Source of the DNA: an uncultured delta proteobacterium
Lineage (GTDB): Bacteria; Desulfobacterota; Binatia; UBA9968
DNA: 64,000 nucleotides
Reading direction: 5' to 3'
Assembly (NCBI GenBank): GCA_963737905.1
Contig: CAVTUQ010000026.1
Coordinates: forward strand, 160,001-224,000
Position 1 is the stretch's first letter; each line of letters begins with the position of its first letter. The notes beneath the pieces are model-generated. The model did no database searches. It was not told the DNA's origin and saw only the letters and a program-made list of their open reading frames with translations. Of the stretch, positions 57,262-64,000 are shown in pieces. Made by a program: the position numbers and the translations under genes.

Positions 57262-58275
57262 ATGGGTTACGCGCTCATGATGACAAAGACATTTCGCCGC
57301 ATGCTGTTCCTCACCCTAGCGGCGCTCGCCGGACTGGGAATAGGTCCGAGCCAGCCCCCTGGTAGCCGTTACATAGTGATCGTGATGGAAGGACGCAACG
57401 TTCGACTGCAGCCGCAAATGAATGGGCTGCGTGATGGGTTGGAGGAACTCAAGTACATTGACGGCCAAAATCTAAATCTGCGACAGGTCGACGGCGAGAC
57501 TCAAGAGGAATTGCGCGCTAATTTAAAGTCACTCCTTCAAATACGCCGGTTCGACGTAATCGTGGCGCTCGGGACCACGGAGACCCACGTCGCCAGAGAG
57601 GTCGCTCCAAACATTCCGACGGTCTTCCTGCCTGCGGCGGACCCGGTCAAATCGGGTTTTGTTCACTCCCTGGCAAGTCCGGGAACGAACCTTACCGGCC
57701 TAACGTTTTTTACCGACGGAGAAAATTTGGGCAAACAGCTAGAGGTTTTTAAGCAGGTAGTCCCTTCTCTCAATAGGGTCGGAATACTCTTTGACGGGCG
57801 TTTAAAATCTGCTGGCTTTGGCGAAAGCTGGAAAAGACTCACTGTCGTTGCGTCATGGCTGGGCATCCATATGACCGAGATCCCCGTGACGTCCGGTGCT
57901 GAGGCATCTCGTAAGGTAGCCTCTCTTTCCAACTCGGGAGGCAGCGAGGGGGTATTTGTCTTTTGTTCCGGCTTGTTTAAAGACGTGGAGGGTTTGGCCG
58001 CGGCCGCGACAAAAAGAAAACTGCCGTTATTTGGCTGCAATGCCTTTCAGGTAGCCGAGCAGAACGTTTTGTTAAGCTACGCTCCGGATTTGTACTCTTT
58101 GGGGTATCGGGGGGCGTGGTTCGTAGATCGGATCTTTAAAGGGGCAAAGCCACAGGATCTAGCCGTGGAAACGCCGCGAAAGTTCGAGCTGGTGATCAAC
58201 AGCAAGACTGCGGGCGAAATAGGGGTCAGGATTCCTCCGGAAATGTTGATGCTGGCGGATAGAGTCTTTAGATAA
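57262..58275 (+). CDS. ABC substrate-binding protein (ABC_sub_bind/PF04392 type)
   Basis: DPVKSGFVHSLASPGTNLTG, VDRIFKGAKP and FELVINSKTA motifs. Confidence 0.88.
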   Translation: MGYALMMTKTFRRMLFLTLAALAGLGIGPSQPPGSRYIVIVMEGRNVRLQPQMNGLRDGLEELKYIDGQNLNLRQVDGETQEELRANLKSLLQIRRFDVIVALGTTETHVAREVAPNIPTVFLPAADPVKSGFVHSLASPGTNLTGLTFFTDGENLGKQLEVFKQVVPSLNRVGILFDGRLKSAGFGESWKRLTVVASWLGIHMTEIPVTSGAEASRKVASLSNSGGSEGVFVFCSGLFKDVEGLAAAATKRKLPLFGCNAFQVAEQNVLLSYAPDLYSLGYRGAWFVDRIFKGAKPQDLAVETPRKFELVINSKTAGEIGVRIPPEMLMLADRVFR

Positions 58276-58311
58276 CAGCCGACAACGGATCCACGTAAAA
58301 ACAACACTTAC

Positions 58312-61300
58312 ATGAAAGTCACGCAACTCCTGTCTAAGCTTCCATTTTTTGATTCCTTTGGCCGGCGCCGAGGGAGACTCGTGCGCAACTACTTCTTCAT
58401 TTTCGTGACTTTGATCGGCGGCGGCATGATTTTAAGCGGCCTTACGGAGATTTATTTTCGCTCCTATGAGGCCCGGGAGCAGATCGGAATGCTTCAAGGC
58501 GAAGCCGCCAATGCGGCGCTCGCAAAGATCGCCCAATACGTTCTGACCATCGAAGGGCAAATGAAATCGACGAGCCTCAGCCAGCAGATTGCCGAACGGG
58601 GATTTGTTCCGGCACAAAAATTCGAGGTCATGAAGCTTCTTTATGTGGCTCCGGCTATTAGCGAGGCTGCGGCCATCGACCGTGAGGGTGTACCTCGCCT
58701 CCACGTGTCCCGATTTCGTGCGATTCTCCCCAACGAAGAGACAGACTATTCCAAATCGGCGGCTTTTTTACAGGCAAGACAAGGCGCCACTTTTTTTGGA
58801 CCGGTTTATTTCGTTCGCGACTCGGAACCTTACATGACGATGGCCGTGCCGATTGAGGAATTTCCCGGAAGTGTTATCGGCGTTCTCCAGGCTGAAGTGA
58901 ATCTTAGTTACATCTGGGACATCGTGCGGGATATACAGGTCGGTAAGGCCGGCTACGCTTATATTGTTGCACGGGGTGGGGATATTATCGCGCACCCGAA
59001 TATCAGTATGGTCTTGCAAAGACACAAGGCAGGTCACCTGGAACAGGTAAAGGCGGCTTTGCGACCGGCTCCCAACATTCAAAAGCCGGAAAGTATAGTG
59101 ACGCGCGGTTTAAACGGCGATGAGGTATTAAGTTCTTACGCTTATCTGCCAAACCTCGACTGGGCAGTCATTATTGAGCGGCCGCTAGCGGAAGCCTACG
59201 AGCCGCTCTATGCTTCGCTGCTGCGCACCTATACTTTGGTAACGCTCGGTTTGGGCATCGCTCTGTTGGCGACCGTTTATGTAGCGCGGCGCGTCGTACG
59301 TCCTCTGGAAGCGCTACGGTGGGGGGTCGAAAAAATCGGCAAGGGGGATTTGAACTACCGTCTTGAAATCAAAACCGGCGACGAAATTGAAGTTCTCGCG
59401 GAACAATTCAACAAGATGGTCGGCGAAATCAAAAACTCCTATCAGTCGCTGGAAGAGAAAGTGCAACAGAGAACCCGAGAGCTGGCCGCGCTTTTTGACC
59501 TGGCGGCGACGGCAACCCAGTCCTTGGATTTAAATCCGATCCTGGAAGAGGTAGCGCAAAAAATCACCGGCGTCTTTGAGCTGGATTCAACGAGGATTTA
59601 TCTTTTGGACCGGCAGCGAGAAGAGTTGCGCGTGCGGGCGGCTTGCGGAAATAACCCGGAAGGTTTTATCCAAGGAGTTTTTGGACAACGGCAGGGGATC
59701 GTTGGCAAGGTCGTGGAGAGCGGCGAACCGATCGTTTTTGAAGACGTGCAGAACGATCCGCGCTATGCCGAACTGAGTCACAGTCAGGGATCAAGAGGAA
59801 TAGGTTATAGATTTTTTGCCGCAATCCCCATCAAGGCAAAGGGGAAGTCCTTAGGCGCGATCGCCTGTAATGGGAGGCTGCCCCGACAGCTCACCGAGCA
59901 AGAGATTCGTTTGATGAGTTCTATGGCGGATCAAATTGGGCCCGCCATCGATAACATCAATCTCTTTGAAGAATTAAGAGAGAAAACGGCGGCGTTAGAA
60001 AAGACCAATCACGAGCTTGTGGAGTCCTTGGAACAGCAAACGGAGGTCGCCCAGGTGCTGCAGGTGATGGCGAGGTCGCCCACCGAGCTCGGGGTGGTGT
60101 TGGCAACGATCCATAATAATGCTTTACGCCTGTGTGAGGCGGATAGTGGAGTGACTTTTGTCTTTGATGGAGAACAATTCCGCATCTCCGTTCCCACCGA
60201 CGGTTTTTCGCCCGACGCCCTGGCTTATCTGCGGGATCTACCGATTCGACCAGGGCCGGAAACGCCGTTGAGAAGAGCAGGCTTGGAGTTACGACCCGTT
60301 CACACGGCCGATATTTTCGCCGATCCGAGATTTTCCCCGCCGGACATCTATCGTCGTGAGGGCGTTTGCGCGGTTCTAGCCGCGCCCATGCTCAAGGAGA
60401 ATAAACTGGTCGGCGCGATTGTCTTGACCCGGCGAAAGCCCCGGCCATTCACTGAGCGTCAGATCGAGTTGCTTACCACTTTCGCCAATCAGGCGGCGAT
60501 CGCGCTGGACACCGTCCATTTGTTCCAGGAGCTCAAGGATCGGACGCAGGAGTTGGCCCGCTACAATGAAGAAATCGAGACGGCCAACGAAAAACTTAAG
60601 GAACTCGACCGGCTGAAGTCCGCTTTTGTTTCCAACGTGTCCCATGAGCTCAGAACGCCGCTTACGGCGATTGACAGTCTGGCGGATAACCTGCTCGACG
60701 GCGTGACCGGACCGTTGACGGTCAAACAGGCGGGCTACATGAGTGGCATTAAAGAGAGCACTGAACGCCTCGAGCGGCTGATTAATGATTTGCTTGATCT
60801 GTCGGTTATCGAGGCGGGCAAGGCGCAGTTGAAACCGACGAGCTTCTCTATGATGAGCTTGCTCAGCGAAGTTACAGAAGACCTTGAAACCGATGGCGGC
60901 GCAAAAGCAGATCGATCTTGAATTCGGTTCGACCAACGGCCATTCAATGGCTTGGGCCGACCGCGACAAAGTAACCCAGGTGCTAACGAACCTGATCGGC
61001 AACGCGGTCAAGTTTACGCCTAATCTGGGTAAAGTCACGGTGATCGTGAACGCCGCAAAGGACGCGTGGCTGCAGGTTTCCATAATGGATACGGGCCCTG
61101 GCATTCCGGCCGAAGAAGCGAGCAAGATCTTCGATGAGTTCTATCAGATGAGTCGGCCGGGCCGAGAGAAGTCCAAGGGAGTGGGGCTGGGTTTGGCGAT
61201 CTCGAAGAAGCTCGTGGAGATGCATGGCGGAAAAATCGCGGTTGAAAGCGCCGTTGGCGGAGGAAGCAATTTCTCCTTCACCGTTCCAGCGCATAAGCCG

Positions 61301-61342
61301 CACAACACCAACGCAACCGCCAGCGTAGAAAGAGACTTATGA
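58312..61342 (+). CDS. Cache-HAMP-GAF-GAF histidine kinase, split by a +1 frameshift near 60880
   Basis: TM-Cache-TM; [12 protein letters not shown]; two GAFs; VSHELRTPL; HATPase in ORF 60884-61342. Confidence 0.9.
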
Positions 61343-62697
61343 CGACTCTGGGTGAGACCATCCTCGTGGTTGATGATGATCCTTATATTCAAGAAGCCCT
61401 GGGAGACCGTTTGGAATCGCTTGGCTATCGGGTCGGAAGGGCATCCGACGGAAAACAAGCTCTGGAGTTAATCGATCACCAGGACCCGCAAATGGTCTTC
61501 CTCGATATCGAGATGCCCGGCATGAAGGGCCTCGACGTGCTCCGCGAGATCCGCGCGCGGGAGAAGGATTTTCCCGTGGTCATGATTACGGCGTACGGCT
61601 CGATAGATCTGGCAGTGGAGGCGATGAAAGAAGGCGCCTATGATTTCATTCCCAAGCCTTTTAAAGCAAGCCACATCGCGCTGGTGGTCGAAAAGGCCAT
61701 GGAAAGGCAACGGCTCCGCCGTGAAAAGGAAGTACTTTCCGAAGAAGTCGACAAGCGTTATCGCCTCGTCGCTGGACAAAGTGAAAATCTCAACGCGGCC
61801 ATCAGCGCCGCAAAGAAAGCCGCAGGGAGCAAAAGCACGATTCTATTACTGGGGGAGAGCGGGACGGGTAAAGAGCTTTTCGCCAGGGCGATTCACAACT
61901 GGAGCGAAAGAAAAGACCGGCCTTTTGTTGCCATCAACTGCGTGGGCCTTTCAAAGGAACTCTTGGAGAGCGAACTGTTCGGCTATGAAAAAGGCGCTTT
62001 TACCGGCGCCAGCCAGCTCAAGAGAGGCAAAATCGAAATCGCTAATGGGGGAACCGTATTTCTCGACGAAGTCGGCGATATCTCCGAGGAACTTCAGGCC
62101 AAACTCCTGCGATTTCTTCAGGAGCGAGAGTTTGAACGGGTGGGCGGCACCCAACTCATTCGGGTCGACGTGAGAATTATCGCCGCCACTAACCGCAACC
62201 TCGAAGCCGCCGTCAAAGAAGGGCGCTTTCGTGAGGACCTGTACTATCGTATCAATGTCGTTCCCATCGTGCTTCCTCCTTTAAGAGGCCGAAAAGAAGA
62301 TGTACCGGCTCTGGCACGGTTCTTTTTGCAGCGATTTTCTCTCGAGTCGAAAAAGAACTTCGCCGAGATATCCCAGGAGGCGTTAGAGGCGCTCAATGCC
62401 TACGATTGGCCGGGAAACGTGCGCGAGCTGGCGAACGTGATCGAACGGGCTGTCGTTCTCGGCCAACCTCCAATCATTCAAATCGAAGATCTATCTCCAG
62501 GGATCGTCGCGGCGGAGGCGGAAATCGACAACCGCTCGACGCCCGTTTCTTATCATGAGAGCGTCGACGAGTACCGGCGCGAAGTGATTATCAATGCCTT
62601 AGCGCAGACGCAGGGAAATCGTGCCGCCGCCGCTCGGCTTCTGGGTCTGCAACGCAGTTACCTGCTAAGGCTCATGAAGGCGTTCCACATCTCCTGA
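61339..62697 (+). CDS. NtrC-family sigma-54-dependent response regulator, paralog of 12406-13758
   Basis: REC; GESGTGKE; GAFTGA; WPGNVREL; [11 protein letters not shown]. Confidence 0.96.
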   Translation: MTTLGETILVVDDDPYIQEALGDRLESLGYRVGRASDGKQALELIDHQDPQMVFLDIEMPGMKGLDVLREIRAREKDFPVVMITAYGSIDLAVEAMKEGAYDFIPKPFKASHIALVVEKAMERQRLRREKEVLSEEVDKRYRLVAGQSENLNAAISAAKKAAGSKSTILLLGESGTGKELFARAIHNWSERKDRPFVAINCVGLSKELLESELFGYEKGAFTGASQLKRGKIEIANGGTVFLDEVGDISEELQAKLLRFLQEREFERVGGTQLIRVDVRIIAATNRNLEAAVKEGRFREDLYYRINVVPIVLPPLRGRKEDVPALARFFLQRFSLESKKNFAEISQEALEALNAYDWPGNVRELANVIERAVVLGQPPIIQIEDLSPGIVAAEAEIDNRSTPVSYHESVDEYRREVIINALAQTQGNRAAAARLLGLQRSYLLRLMKAFHIS

Positions 62698-62718
62698 ATC
62701 CTTTTTTATACACCAGCG

Positions 62719-62845
62719 TGTCTTAAAAGAGACACCTCTTCCATCCGTGGTGATTTTCGCTCGGCTTCCTGACTGCATGTTTTTCTTATAGTTCCCGGGC
62801 TTGCGTCGATCGCGCGGGGAGCGGCGATGTTGGCATAACTGTTGC
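62719..62845 (+). promoter_or_regulatory. Enhancer TGT-N10-ACA (62719-62734) plus sigma-54 promoter (62831-62845)
   Basis: TGTCTTAAAAGAGACA; TGGCAT-AACTG-TTGC. Confidence 0.75.
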
Positions 62846-62933
62846 CCTTAGTCCCGCTAACCCGGTTATCGGTAGGGCTATTTTTTCGGCGCTCTAGGAA
62901 AGCAGGATTGCATTGAACCAACAACAGCATCGA

Positions 62934-64000
62934 ATGATGAGCGTTTTTTTGGTCCTAACGGTGTTAGCTTTGATCCTTGGATGTCCTGCCGCAATTCTTG
63001 CTCGAGGCAACCCCGGTCTTAACGCTACGATCATTGGAGTTACCATTCCGGCTCATCGTCGGCCGGTGGTGACTTTTAAGATCGCCGACTCCAAAGGCCA
63101 ACCGATCGAGCTGTCCGACCTCGATGAGGACCGTATCCGATTCACTATTGCGACGATCCAGGCAGGCGCCAACGATGAGACCCGCTATCACAATTATATC
63201 CTCGCCAAGGTTTCGGGCAAAGAGTACGCGTACAAAGGCGAGACCAAGAAACCCGCGCTCGCCGACACCTTGCAGCCTGACTTTGATCAGGGTGGAGTAC
63301 TGGCGCGATCGGGCCCGGGTATTTTTACCTACGCGTTCAAAACCGCATTGCCCGCAAATTACGACCGAACCGCCACCCATGTCGTAGGCGGAGAACTGAC
63401 TCGGGACAAAGGAAAATCCGTCGCCAACCCATTGTTTGAATTCGTTCCCAGCGGCGGCAAGGTGAAAGCGCAACGGGCGGTGGTCGAGACCGCCACCTGC
63501 AACAACTGCCACGACCCGCTGAAATATCATGGCGGCACGAGGCGGGAGGCCGGTTACTGCGCGCTCTGCCATACCTCTCAGCTCACCGACCCCGAAAGCG
63601 GCGAGAACCTCGAATTCAAAGTGTTCGTGCACAAGATCCATCGCGGCAAGCTTCTCCCAAGCGTTAAAGGCGGCAAACCCTACTTTGTGGTCGGGGCCGG
63701 TCAACAAGTCGCCGACTATACGAACCTGCGCTACACCCAAGTCGTCATGAGCGACGGGGTCGCCAAGGACCTTAGAAACTGCAAAGCCTGCCACGGCGGA
63801 GCTAAAAGCGAGAACTGGAAGCAATCCCCGAGCGGAGCCGCCTGCACCGCCTGTCATGACAACGTCGATCTCAAGACGGGCAAAAACCATCTCGCGGGTC
63901 CGCAGGCTGAAGGAACCTGCATCGGCTGTCATCTGCCTGAAGGGCCGGAGTTCGGCCCCTCCATCGCAGGGGCGCACACCTTTCCCGGCTGGTCCACCCA
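62934..64000 (+). CDS. OmcA/MtrC-family multiheme c-type cytochrome, partial (runs off the window)
   Basis: Manual translation: signal peptide, beta-sandwich (RPVVTFKI, FTYAF), five hemes CNNCH, CALCH, CKACH, CTACH, CIGCH, and HGGTR and VHKIHRG motifs. Confidence 0.92.
   Translation, partial: MMSVFLVLTVLALILGCPAAILARGNPGLNATIIGVTIPAHRRPVVTFKIADSKGQPIELSDLDEDRIRFTIATIQAGANDETRYHNYILAKVSGKEYAYKGETKKPALADTLQPDFDQGGVLARSGPGIFTYAFKTALPANYDRTATHVVGGELTRDKGKSVANPLFEFVPSGGKVKAQRAVVETATCNNCHDPLKYHGGTRREAGYCALCHTSQLTDPESGENLEFKVFVHKIHRGKLLPSVKGGKPYFVVGAGQQVADYTNLRYTQVVMSDGVAKDLRNCKACHGGAKSENWKQSPSGAACTACHDNVDLKTGKNHLAGPQAEGTCIGCHLPEGPEFGPSIAGAHTFPGWST

Noticed and set aside
62964-63977. 337-aa minus-strand ORF in the track
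   Set aside because: Antisense shadow of the multiheme cytochrome on the plus strand
1-64000. tRNA, rRNA, integrase or prophage genes
   Set aside because: None recognised by eye; tRNAscan-SE and barrnap would be needed to exclude them formally

Overview
A signalling- and secondary-metabolism-rich bacterial window. Gene content and repeat style suggest a Candidatus Binatia/Deltaproteobacteria-like soil organism (inference). 1-9.3 kb holds housekeeping-type genes: CDGSH Fe-S protein, two amidohydrolases, an SBP, a HK-RR-REC/cyclase operon, a SOR-like protein, a cupredoxin-like protein and an alpha/beta hydrolase. 9.7-14.4 kb is a GAF-PAS HK/RR/NtrC operon followed by a sigma-54-driven small secreted Cys-pair protein, which has three paralogs in the window. 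15-48 kb is the core locus. It has a CHASE2 cyclase plus a FecR-TPR-beta-barrel receptor (CyaK/NsrA-like), a convergent 77-aa peptide gene ending in a Cys-x11-Cys hairpin, and a TE-less NRPS cluster (UbiD, A-T, C-A-T-C-A-T, C-A-T-C, secreted S33-like hydrolase, small basic ORF). The NRPS cluster is bracketed by two paralogous Zn-ribbon/cyclase/STAND-ATPase/TPR genes. 48-54.5 kb has a GAF sigma-54 activator, two more small-protein paralogs and decayed IS110 and IS3 elements; an intact IS630 sits at 43-44.2 kb. 54.5-64 kb has two DUF1329 proteins, an SBP, a Cache-HAMP-GAF HK, an NtrC and an MtrC/OmcA-type multiheme cytochrome that the ORF track missed. Six sigma-54 promoters are visible, five of them with a TGT-N10/11-ACA-type enhancer upstream. 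Periodic palindromic repeats occur between genes and in-frame inside NRPS A domains. The best candidate for an undescribed system is a peptide/NRPS-product signalling island: ligand gene, NsrA-like receptor, atypical cyclases, NRPS and peptidase. No rRNA, tRNA or CRISPR array was seen. All calls come from reading motifs by eye; no database searches were run.
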